A stretch of DNA of 64,000 nucleotides, from assembly GCA_964016885.1 (NCBI GenBank), contig OZ024740.1, positions 395,932,001-395,996,000 of the forward strand, in the 5' to 3' direction. The position numbers were made by a program, and so were the translations under genes. This DNA comes from Eledone cirrhosa (Eukaryota). Under the pieces are notes generated by a model, which saw only the letters and a program-made list of their open reading frames with translations, ran no database searches and had not been told where the DNA came from. Below are positions 52,380 through 63,581 of this stretch, one piece after another. Numbering within the stretch: position 1 is the stretch's first letter; each line of letters opens with the position of its first letter.

Positions 52380-54360
52380 TTTATGTCCTATCAACTAATC
52401 TGACCTCCAAAATGCTTGCAATTGACTATTTTTTTAGCATATTAACAACAAATATGATTTCCACTGCAATTAAAAATGAATAGCTTTGTGAATGGTTTTT
52501 CCACCCACTTTCTGCCTTCATTTTTCTACAAAGCTAATCATTGACGATAGGTTTCAAAGTTATATTCATTCATAATATGTGAAAAAAATAGTCAACTGCG
52601 AGCATTGGTGTGATGTAAATCGTAGGAGTAGGTGTTCTGTAATAAATTTACCATATAGTGAAGTATGGTTATGGTGAATTTATGGTGTGGATTGGGGTAG
52701 ATTAATATGCTGTGGTGTGCTTTGTTATAAGTGAGGATTTAAATTTCCACTTTGATTTATGTTAGAAAAAAAATTTTTACTTTATTTTTGCATGTGCTAT
52801 CAACTTCCAAGAAGCTCGCAGTGGACTATGCTTTTAGCATATTAACAAAAAATATGACTTCCGCTGCAATAAAAAATGGCTAGCTTTGTAAATGGTATTT
52901 CCACCCACATCCTCCCTTTTTTTCTACAAAGCTAGTCATTTTCATCAGGTTTCCATGTCATAACCATTGATAATATGTGCATAAAATAGTAATTTGCAAG
53001 CACCATTTATGTCAAATTGGGTGGTAAGCACAAAAAAAAAAAAAAAAAAAAAAAAAATTGCCAGATGAAAATTTGTCACACCAAGATCAATAGCTTGGTG
53101 TGATGTAGTATTGTGTGGTTTGATGAAGTTTCTACAAAGATAGTCATTTTCGACAGGTTTCCATGTCATAATTATTGATAAGTGGAAAAAAATAGTCAAT
53201 TGGGAGCACCTTTAATGTCAGATTGGGTGGTAAGCACACACACAAAAAAAAAAAAAGAAAACGGGAAGAAAATGTTTCACACCAAGATCAATAGCTTGGT
53301 GCGATGTAGTATGGTGTAACTTGGTATGGTGTGGTTTAGTTTGGTTTGGTGAAGTTATGAAATGGAAGCCAATTGTAAACGATAGATTCCCATGTCATAT
53401 TCATTGATAATGTGTGCGGAAAATAGTCATTTGCGAGCACCTTTGATGTTAATTTGAGGTGGTAACCACAAAAAAAAAAAAAAAAGCAGGTAGCAAATTT
53501 GTCACATTGATCTCCACACCATGGTTTGATGTAAATGGTAGGAGTAGGTGTTTTGTAATAAATTTACCATATAGTGAAGTATGGTTATGGTGTGGATTGG
53601 GGTAGATTAATGTGCTGTGGTGTGCTTTGTTATAAGTGAGGATTTAAATTTCCACTTTGATTTATGTTAGAAAAAAAAATTTCCAACATGCTCGCAGTGG
53701 ACTATGCTTTTAGCATATTAACAAAAAATGTGACTTCCGCTGCAATAAAAAATGACTAGCTTTGTAAATGGTATTTCCACCCACATCCTCCCTCTTTTTT
53801 CTACAAAGCTAGTCATTTTCGACAGTTTTCCATGTCATAATTATTGATAATATGTGCGAAAAATAGTCAATTGCAGCACCTTTGATGTCAGATTGGGTGG
53901 TAAGAACACACACACAAAAAAAAAAGAAACAGGAAGAAAATTTTTCACACTGAGATCAAAAGCATGTTGTGATGTAGAATGGTGTAGTTTGTTATGGTGT
54001 GGTTTGGATTGTTGTAGTTATGACATGGGAACCTATTGCAAATGATAGGTTTCCATGTTTTATACATTGATAATGTGTAAAAAAATAGTCATTTGTGAGC
54101 ACCTTTGATATCAGATTGGGTGGTAAGCACACACACACACACAGAAAAAAACAAACAGGAAGAAAAATGTTCTCACTGAGATTAATAGCATGGTGTGATG
54201 TAGTATGATGTAGTTTGTTATGGTGTGGTTTGGTTTGGTGTAGTTTGGTATGGTTTAGTTTGGTGTAGTTATAACATTGAAACCTATCATAAATTTACCA
54301 AGGTATGGTATAATCTGGTTTGGTGTAGTGTAGGTTAGTGTGGTGTGGTGTGTTATTTTG
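52380..54360 (+). repeat. Complex modular repeat (~200-230-bp diverged units plus a larger duplication, about 52610-52990 vs 53525-53870)
   Basis: Recurring tttccatgtcata..attgataa...aaatagtcaattgc.agcacctttgatgtcagattgggtggtaagcac...(TGGTG)n. Confidence 0.88.
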
Positions 54361-54469
54361 TTGCATCGTAGAGCGTGATTCTCTTTAAATTAAAATCATT
54401 AAAATGTAATGCCTATCTTCTATATCTTAAAGAGTGACCTTAAATGTGATTGCAAATGACTTTTTTCTC

Positions 54470-57400
54470 TGGGTTAATGTTAGATTTAGGGTTAGTGTTA
54501 GGGTAAGTTTTACTGTTAATGGTAAGTTTATTGTTAGTGACTGTGTTACTGTTAGCATTACTGTCACTGTTAGTGTTACTCTAACTGTTACTCTTACAGT
54601 TACTGTTTGCGTTACTGTCTGCATCAGCGTTAGCATTTGCATAAGCGTCTATGTAAGCTTTTGTGTTAGTGTCTATGTAGACTGGTGTTAGCATCTGCGT
54701 TAGTGTTTGGATTAGCCTTAGTGTTTGCGTAAGTGTCAGCATCTATGTCAGCATTTGCGTCAACGTCTGCATTGGTGATAGTGATTGTGTCAGCATTTCC
54801 CTCAGTGTCAGCATTTGCATCAGCGTGCACGTCAGCATTTGCATTAGTGTGTAGCAGTGGCCTCCCTTGTTGTGACTCACAACCCCAATAGATTAACATC
54901 TAGACGGGAAGTAGAACCCTTTCTGTAACTTCCGGCAGAGCCCTATAAAACGAATAGCTCTCGGCTCTCTCCCTCTCATTGCCCTTCCGGCGCCTGGCCT
55001 TCGCCAGGCGTCTCGCGTTTGCCTGGCAATCAAAACGGTAACTACTAATTTTGCTTCATTCTATCATCTATTTCTTTGACATGTCAACTATACTGTTCTA
55101 TATATATCCATGATTGTTAATTAAATATTATACACACAAACCATGTCTCCTTGTTACATTCATACAACCCAGTATCTTCGCTATATTGGTAACCCTGACG
55201 TGATACGAACACGCAGCCGTTCATCGCTATAAGTGGTCACCCCGAAAAAAAAAAAAAATAGCAGATCTGGTGTTGTGTGAGTAACATTACGAATACACAG
55301 CAAATTTATGGACAAACTATGAAAATACTCAATCAAAGAAACGAACACACCACGCACATGTGAAATTTTCGCACAGACAGACTTTTTCTCTCACGCATCA
55401 ACTAACTGTCGCATTTCACGATATATATATATATGTTTCTCGTTTCTTACAACGAACACTTTCAAAACAAAACAAAAAAGAAATTTGATATTTTTTTTTT
55501 TTAAACATTTCAACAGGAACATTTATTTTCGATGAACCATTGCCCTTTTTTTTTCATCGTTTTCTTCATCGTTCAAGTTTTTTTTTTTAGTTTTTTTTTT
55601 ACCAAAGTTCACACCAATAATTATGCTGAGTGAAGCCTTTCTTTTTCATCATTGTCACTTTCACACTTGCACTATCATTTTCTCGCGCGTTAGAAATATT
55701 ATTTTTTCAACCTAATTTAACCTTGTATTGGCACGTGTAGGCAGCACAAATTCTCGACTCACAGAGATAGCCGCACGCCAGAGATAACGTTTCTCGCCAA
55801 GGATTCTTCAGCCTTAAGCTATATTCTCCTATTTGCCGGTTTAAAAATTTACCACGTAAATTTGCCGTTGAAAACTGCGCATTTATTCAGAATGCTTATT
55901 TCTTTGGTCGCTGGCCTCTTGACCCTTCCAGGTCAACGCATTCTCAACATCGACCATCAACTTCGGCTGTTATTTATAGCACTTTGCGCAACTCATTTTT
56001 TCTGAAAAAAATTTTTTTTTACTGTGAATTTAAACACCGAATACGCTCACTCCGCGAGACAACATCCACAGCAACACAGCTTCAACAACAACCAAAACCA
56101 GCAGAACAAGCCAGAGAATTTATTTTTGCAGCACTCTTCCTGTGAGAAAATCCATTCGGAGGTTGGAAATTTCACGATATACCACAGAACAGAAACCACC
56201 TGCATTCATTCTCTGGAACACACTTTCTTTCCTGCTGTCATGTGATTGCACACCTGTGAACTATATTTTGTACATTTGAACTTTGAGCTCTCCTCTTACT
56301 TTCTTACATTGTATCTTTGGGTGATGGATAGATAGATGTCCAGTTGTTCTCTGGCCAAGAGCGGTTGGCTACCTTGATATCTATCATTGATTTTTGCAAA
56401 CATTCTTTTGTCGTAATTTTCATGCCTGTTACAACATTCTCGCCAACTTGCTACATATTTCATGCGATTTTTATATTCTAAAATTCTGGCGGGAGGTTAT
56501 GTAGCAGTGGCCTGCCTTGTTGTGACTCACAACCCCAATAGATTAACATCTAGACGGGAAGTAGAACCCTTTCTGTAACTTCCGGCAGAGCCCTATAAAA
56601 CGAATAGCTCTCGGCTCTCTCCTTCTCATTGCCCTTCCGGCGCCTGGCCTTCGCCAGGCGTCTCGCGTTTGCCTGGCAATCAAAACGGTAACTACTAACT
56701 TTGCTTCATTCTATCATCTATTTCTTTGACATGACAACTATACTGTTCTATATATATCCATGATTGTTAATTAAATATTATACACACAAACCATGTCTCC
56801 TTGTTACATTCATACAACTCAGTATCTTCGCTATAAGTGTTTGAGTCAGTGTTAGCATCAGCGTTTGCATTTGTGTAGGGGTTAGCATTTGCGTCAGCAT
56901 CAGTATTCACATTAGCATTAGCGTTTGCGACAGCGTTTCCTTTAACGTCTTTGTCAGCATTTCCGTTAGCGTCTGTGTCAGTGTTTCCGTTAGCTTCTAC
57001 GTCAGTGTTTACGTTAGCGTCTGTGTCAGTGTTTCCGTTAGCTTCTACATCAGCATTTCCGTTAGCTTCTACGTCAGCGTTTCCGTAACGTCTACGTCAG
57101 CATTTCCGTTAGTTTCTACGTCAGCGTTTCCGTAACGTCTACGTCAGCGTTTCCGTTAGCATTGGCGTTTCCATTAACCTTTCCTGTGGCGTCCGCATCA
57201 TTGCAGCGTCTGCATATCCCATGTAAGCGTTAACTTCAGCATTTGCGTCAGCATTAGCCTTAGCCCTAGCGTCCGCATCAGCATTTGCGTTAGCGTCAGC
57301 ATACACGTCAGCGCCGGCAAAACTGCCTCAACATTTGCGTCAGCGTTAGCTTGGCTTTGGCTTCAGCAATCAGCATCAGCAATTGCGTTTTGGAGATCAG

Positions 57401-60400
57401 CTTCGGCGGTAAGGGTAAACGCTAACTTCTACGCCTGCTTCTACGTTAACAACTACGTCAGCGTTTTGTTAGCTTCTACGTCAGCGTTTACGTTTGCTTC
57501 TACAACAGCATCTACGTTAGCTTCTACGTCAGCGTTTCCGTTAGCATCTATGTCAGTGTTTCCGTTAGCTTCTACATCGGCGTTTCCGACCGCCTCTGTG
57601 TCAGCGTCAGTATTTACATCTACATCAGCGTCAGCGTTTCAGTTAACGTCAGTGTTTACGTTAGCGTCTGTGTCAGCGTTTACGTTAGCGTCTGTGTCAG
57701 CGTTCCGTTAGCTTCTACGTCAGCGTTTCCGTTAGCATTGGCGTTTCCATTAACCTTTCCTGTGGCGTCCGCATCATTGCAGTGTCTGCATATCCCATGT
57801 AAGCGTTAACTTCAGCATTTGCGTCAGCATTAGCCTTAGCCCTAGCGTCCGCATCAGCATTTGCGTTAGCGTCAGCATACACGTCAGCGCCGGCAAAACT
57901 GCCTCAACATTTGCGTCAGCGTTAGCTTGGCTTTGGCTTCAGCAATCCGCATCAGCAATTGCGTTTTGGAGATCAGCTTCGGCGGTAAGGGTAAACGCTA
58001 ACTTCTACGCCTGCTTCTACGTTAACAACTACGTCAGCATTTTTTTAGCTTCTACGTCAGCGTTTACGTTAGCTTCTACGTCAGCATCTACGTTAGCTTC
58101 TACGTCAGCGTCTACGTTAACATCTACGTCATCGTTTACGTTAGCTTCTACGTCAGCATCTACATTAGCTTTTACGTCAGCGCTTACATTAGTGTCTGTG
58201 TCAGCGTTTGTGTTAGCTTCTACGTCAGCGTCTGTGTTTACATCTACATCAGGGTCAGCGTTTACATTTGCGTCTGCGTCATCGTTTACGTTAGCGTCTG
58301 TGTCAACGTGTGTTAGCATCTGTGTCAGCGTCTGCGTCAGTGTTTATATTAGCATCTGCGTAAGTGTTTACGTTAGCATCTGTGTTAACGTGTGTTAGCG
58401 TCTGTGTCAGCGTCTGCGTCAGCATTTTCATTAGTGTTTGCATCAGTGTTTCCTTTGGCTTCTACGTCAATGTTTACGTCTGTGTTAAGGTTCACATTAG
58501 CATCGCTGTCATCGTTTGCATCAGCATTTGCGTTTGCTTTAACATCTGCATCAACATTTGCGTCTGTGTTTGCATTAGTGTCTGCATTTGCTTTAGTGTT
58601 TGTATCAGCGTGAGCATTTGTGTCAGTGTCCACGTCAGCGTTAGAGTGAGTAGCATTTACATCAGCGTGTGCATCAGAGTCTTTGTCAGCATTCGCCTTT
58701 GCACCTGCATCAGTATTCACCTTAGTGTTTGTGTCAGCGTAAGCTATTGTGTCAACATTTGCGCTAGCGTTTGTGCCAGCATAGCCATCTTCGTCAGTGT
58801 CAGCGTTGGCGTTAGTGTTAGTGTTTCCATTAGTGTTCGTGTTTGATTTTGTATTAGTGTTAGCATTTTTGTTAGTGTTAGTGTTTGTGTTAGTGTTCAG
58901 GTTAATGTTGACTTAGTTTCCTGTTAGTGTTAGTTTTCAGATTAGGGCTCGTGTTACTTTTAGTGTTAGTGCTCAGGTTAGTGGTTTATGGTAGTGTTAG
59001 TTTTAGTGGTAGTGTTAGTGTTCAGGTTAATGTTTGTGTTAATGTCAGTTTTAGTGTTAGTGTTCAGGTTAGTGTTTACGGTAGTATTAGTTTTAGTGTT
59101 AGTGTTATTTTTTCCATTAGTGTTAGTGTTTTATTTTGTGTTAATGTTTGTGTTAGTGTTTCCATTAGTGTTAGTGCTAGTCTTTGTTTTTCTGTTAATG
59201 TTAGTGTTTGTTTTAGTGTTGAGGTTAATGTTAGCTTAGTTTTCTGGTTAGTATCAGTTTTCGTGTTAGTTTTAGTCTTAGTGTTCAGGTTAGTGTTAGT
59301 GTTTTTTTTAGTGTTAGTTTTTATAGTAGTGTTAGTGTTAGTGCTCAGATCAGTGTTAGTGGTTGTGTTACTGTTTATGGTAGTGTTAGTTTTAGTGCTA
59401 GTGTTTAGGTTAATGTTAGTTTTAGTGTAAGTGTTCAGGTTAGTGTTAGTGTTAATGTTAGTTTTAGTGTTAAGGTTAGTGTTAGAGATTGTGTTAGTGT
59501 TAATATTTGTGTTAGTATCTCTGTTAGCATTAGTGATTGATGTTTCCATTAGTGTTAGTGATTGTGTTAGCGTTAGTCTTTGTTTTTGTGTTAATGTTAG
59601 CATTAGTATTTCTGTTAGTGTTAGCATGAGTGTTTGTGTTAGTGTTCAGGTTAATGTTAGCTTAGTTTTCAGGTTAGTGTTAGCGTTCAAGTTAATGTTA
59701 GTTTTAGTGTTAGAGATTGTGTTAGTGTTTGTTTTTGTGTTAGTATCTCTGTTAGTGTTAGTTTTAGTGTAAGTGTTCAGGTTAGTGTTAGTGTTCAAGT
59801 TAATGTTAGTGTTAGTTTTAGTGTTAAGGTTAGTGTTAGAGATTGTGTTAGTGTTAGTATTTGTTTTTGTGTTAATATTTGTGTTAGTATCTCTGTTAGC
59901 ATTAGTGTTTGATGTTTCCATTAGTCTTAGTGATTGTGTTTGCATTAGTCTTTGTTTTTGTGTTAAGGTTAGCGTTAATGTTAGCATTAGTATTTCTGTT
60001 AGTGTTAGCATTAGTGTTTATGTTAGTGTTCAGGTTAATGTTAGCTTAGTTTTCAGGTTAGAGTTAGTGTTCAAGTTAATGTTAGTTTTAGTGTTAGTGT
60101 TGAGGTTAGTGTTAGAGATTGTGTTAGTGTTTGTTTTTGTGTTAATATTTGTGTTAGTATCTCTGTTAGCGTTAGTGTTTGTTTTAGTGTTGAAGTTAAT
60201 GTTAGCTTAGTTTTCTGGTTAGTATCAGTTTTCAGATTAGTGTTTGTGTTAGTGTTACTTTTAGTGTTAGTGCTCAGGTCAGTGTTAGTGTTTATGGTAG
60301 TGTTAGTTTTAGTGCTAGTGTTCAGGCTAATGTTTGTGCTAATGTTAGTTTTAGTGTAAGTGTTCAGGTTAGTGTTAGTGTTTGTGTTAGTGTTTACGGT

Positions 60401-60600
60401 AGTGTTAGTTTTAGTGCTGATGTTCAGGTTAGTGTTAGTGTTAGTTTTAGTGTTAGTGTTCAGATTAGTATTTGTGTTAGTTTTCAGATTTTGTGTTTGT
60501 GTTAGTTTTCATGTTAGCACTAAGTTCACTGTTAGAGCATGTGTGAGTGCAAGTGTTAGGGTAAGTTATTTTTAAAGTTCGGTTTTAGCTTAAAGTTAGG
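54470..60600 (+). repeat. Degenerate hexamer-period satellite (GTTAGT/GTTAGC/GTCAGC), interrupted by the LTR element
   Basis: Strong 6-nt periodicity, with an internal duplication of about 57100-57490 at about 57705-58075. It produces many spurious low-complexity ORFs. Confidence 0.9.
54850..56835 (+). mobile_element. Young non-autonomous LTR retrotransposon (TRIM/LARD-like): 336-bp LTRs at 54850-55185 and 56500-56835, AGTG TSD
   Basis: The LTRs differ at 5 positions by eye and have TGTAGC...GCTATA termini. The PBS starts at 55187 and a purine tract (ggcgggagg) precedes the 3' LTR. AGTG occurs at 54846-54849 and 56836-56839. The 1.3 kb interior has no retroelement ORF. Confidence 0.93.
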
Positions 60601-60929
60601 TTTTCTACTTTCCAGGAAAAAAGTTGATCCTCTCTAACTCGAGTGGTGTGATATAGTGTGTTAAAGTATAGTGTTTCATAGTCTTGTGTGGTGTTGTCTA
60701 TTGTTGTATAGTGTAGTATGGTATATTGTTTCATAGCATGGTCTGATGTGAGGTCGTACAGTGTTTCGTAGTGTGCTGTTAGATAATGTGGTATGGTATA
60801 ATGTTTGTCAGTGTGGTGTGGCATGGTATGGTATAGGTTGATGTAGTGTGGCTTAGTTTGATTATAATAATACAAATAATAATAACAATAATAATAGTAA
60901 TAATAATTGTTCTTCTTGTTCATTTTCTT

Positions 60930-61130
60930 TGTCTTCTTCTGTGCCTTTGACTTATTCTGTGCCTTTGTCTTCTTCTGTGCCTTTGACTTCTTCTGTGCCT
61001 TTGACTTCTTCTGTGCCTTTGACTTCTTCTGTGCTTTTGACTTCTTCTGTGCTTTTGACTTCTTCTGAGCTTTTGACTTCTTCTGAGCTTTTGACTTCTT
61101 CTGTGCTTTTGACTTCTTCTGTGCCTTTAT
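60930..61130 (+). repeat. About 11 x 18-bp repeat (TTCTTCTGTGCCTTTGAC)
   Basis: Directly visible. Confidence 0.93.
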
Positions 61131-61314
61131 CTTCTCCTCTGCCATCTAAATACCAAAAACAAAGAATGTAAAACATATATGTTGCCTATCTCTCAGACTT
61201 TACAAAGTTCTGAGGAGATAAAATTAATTTAAAGAGCAGTGTGCTCATGCACTGTGATGCTATAATGTAGCTTATAAGCTATTTCATAACTAAAAAACAA
61301 TGTCAAACATCAAT

Positions 61315-62200
61315 AAAACCCTAAACATTACCCCAACCCTAAACCCTACCCAGGGAAATAAGTTGGCTGGAAGCATCTAGGAGGTCAGATTAATTAATAG
61401 CACAGGAAATAGCATAGGAAATAGCATAGGAAATAGCGTAGGAAATAGCGTGGGAAATAGTGTAGGAAATAGCATAGGAAATAGCACAGGAAATATACCG
61501 AAAATGATTAAGTCCCACATGTGAGTGGGGTGTAGATCTGCAAAACTCTTCCCTTCTCCCTCCTCTTTCTCCAAAGCTAGTTGTTTTTGACTGGTTTGGA
61601 AGTCATATTCATTGATAACGCATGAAAATAGAATCAAAGAGAAAATTCCGAGTAAGCAGGGATTATCCGGATGAAGGGGGAACCACCTCACCCCGCCGTT
61701 TTCCTGGGGGGAAAAAGTCAGTTTCAAGCATCTTCGAGATTGGATTAGTTGATAGCACATGAAAAATAGGATGAAAAAATTTCACATCACAACACACCAC
61801 ACCACATCACACCATATCTCATCACACCATATCACATCACATCTCGTCTCGTCTCGCCTCATTTCACCACGCCACGCCACATTTCATCACATCACATTAC
61901 ATTTCACCACGCCACGCCACATTTCATCACATCACATCAGATTTCACCACGCCACGCCACATCACATGCCATCACACCACATGCTACCACACTACATCCC
62001 ACCACACTCCACTACACCATATCTCCCACCCTACATTTAACCACACTCCACTCCACCACACTCCACGCTATTTCCTACGCTATTTCCTATGCTATTTCCT
62101 CTGCTATTTCCTGTGCTATTAATTAATCTGACCTCCTAGATGCTTCCAGCCAACTTATTTCCCTGGGTAGGGTTTAGGGTTGGGGTAATGTTTAGGGTTT
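61315..62200. repeat. ~140-bp inverted repeat pair (about 61315-61452 and 62064-62200) including 12-bp GGAAATAGCATA units
   Basis: aaaccctaaacattaccccaaccctaaaccctacccagggaaataagttggctggaagcatctaggaggtcagattaattaatagcacaggaaatag appears reverse-complemented at 62105-62200. Confidence 0.93.
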
Positions 62201-62720
62201 AGTTTTAGGTTTGGGGTAATGTTTAGGGTCTAGTTTTAGGGTTGGGGTAAAGTTTAGGGTTTAGTTTTAGGTTTGGGGTAATGTTTAGGGTTTAGTTTTA
62301 GTTTTGGGGTAATGTTTAGGGTCTAGTTTTAGGGTTGGGGTAATGTTTAGGGTCTAGTTTTAGGGTTGGGGTAAAGTTTAGGGTTTAGTTTTAGGTTTGG
62401 GGTAATGTTTAGGGTTTAGTTTTAGGTTTGAGGTAATGTTTATGGTCTAGTTTTAGGGTTGGGGTAATGTTTAGGGTTTAGTTTTAGGGTTGGGGTAATG
62501 TTTAGGGTTTAGTTTTAGGTTTGGGGTAATGTTTAGGGTCTAATTTTAGGGTTGGGGTAAAGTTTAGGGTTTAGTTTTAGGTTTGGGGTAATGTTTAGGG
62601 TTTAGTTTTAGGTTTGGGGTAAAGTTTAGGGTCTAGTTTTAGGGTTGGGGTAATGTTTAGGGTTTTGTTTTATGGTTGGGGTATAGTTTAGGGTTTAGTT
62701 TAAGGGTTGGGGTAATGTTT
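62168..62720 (+). repeat. Telomere-like minisatellite, about 18 x 31 bp (TTTAGGGTTGGGGTAATGTTTAGGGTTTAGT)
   Basis: GGGGTA recurs every 31 nt from 62182 to 62709. Confidence 0.95.
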
Positions 62721-63504
62721 ATATTTATATTTAGCTTGGTTTGGTTTAGATTTAGAGTTTAGGGTTGGGGCTAGATTTAATTTTATATTTAATTTAGTTT
62801 TAGTTTCCAAATCCCAGAAAAAAAAATTGATTCAGAGCAACTAAAAGGTCAGATTAGTTGATAGCACTCAAAAGGAGACCGAAGAAAAATCATTAGGGTA
62901 TATATCTACAAAACGACAATGGTTTTTCCACCTGCTTTACCCCTCCTTTTTCCTAGAAAACTAATCATTTCCAACTGGTTTGGAGGTCATATTCGTTGAT
63001 AACATACGAAAAATCTTAGAGAAAACTCTGGGGTTAAATGAGAGAAGTGCATCCACCTAAGTTTTCCATGAAGAGAGAGTCCATAACAAACATCTTGGAG
63101 TTCGGATTAGTTGATAACACATGAAAAAAAGATGAGGAAAAAATTTTGGGTGTTATTTGGTGTGGAGTAGTGTGGTGTGTTGTAGTGAGGAGTCGTGTGT
63201 TGTGTTGCGGTGTTATGTGGTGTGGAATAGTATGATTTTATGTGGTGTGGTGAAGTGTGGTGCAGTGCGGTGCGGTGCAGTGTGGTGTTGTGCAGTGCGG
63301 TGCAGTGAGGTTCTTCATCTTTATCTTTCTCTTCTTCATCTTTGTATTCATCTTCTTTGTTTTGTCTTCCATCTAAACAAACAAAAAATATATAAAACAT
63401 ATATGTAGCCAATATCTCAGACTTTTACAAAGCTCCAGGGAGATAAATTTAATATAAGTGGTGTGTTCCTGAACAGAGATACTACAAAATAGCTTAAAAG
63501 ATAG

Positions 63505-63572
<68 letters not shown>
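63505..63572. repeat. (TA)n microsatellite (others near 22028-22084 and 51645-51676; (TG)n at 51584-51621)
   Basis: Directly visible. Confidence 0.95.

Positions 63573-63581
<9 letters not shown>

Noticed and set aside
57466-60575. Many Val/Leu-, Ala/Asp/Asn- or Thr/Asn-rich ORFs
   Set aside because: They overlap in all frames, arise from a hexamer satellite and are broken by frameshifts.
60585-61145. 186-aa ORF MAEEKIKAQKKSK... resembling histone H1 or protamine-like tails
   Set aside because: It is built from an 18-bp repeat, a (TAA)n tract and a pentamer satellite, with no globular domain.
62168-62720. True chromosome telomere
   Set aside because: It is not pure TTAGGG, has a 31-bp higher-order unit, and more than 1.2 kb of non-telomeric sequence follows.
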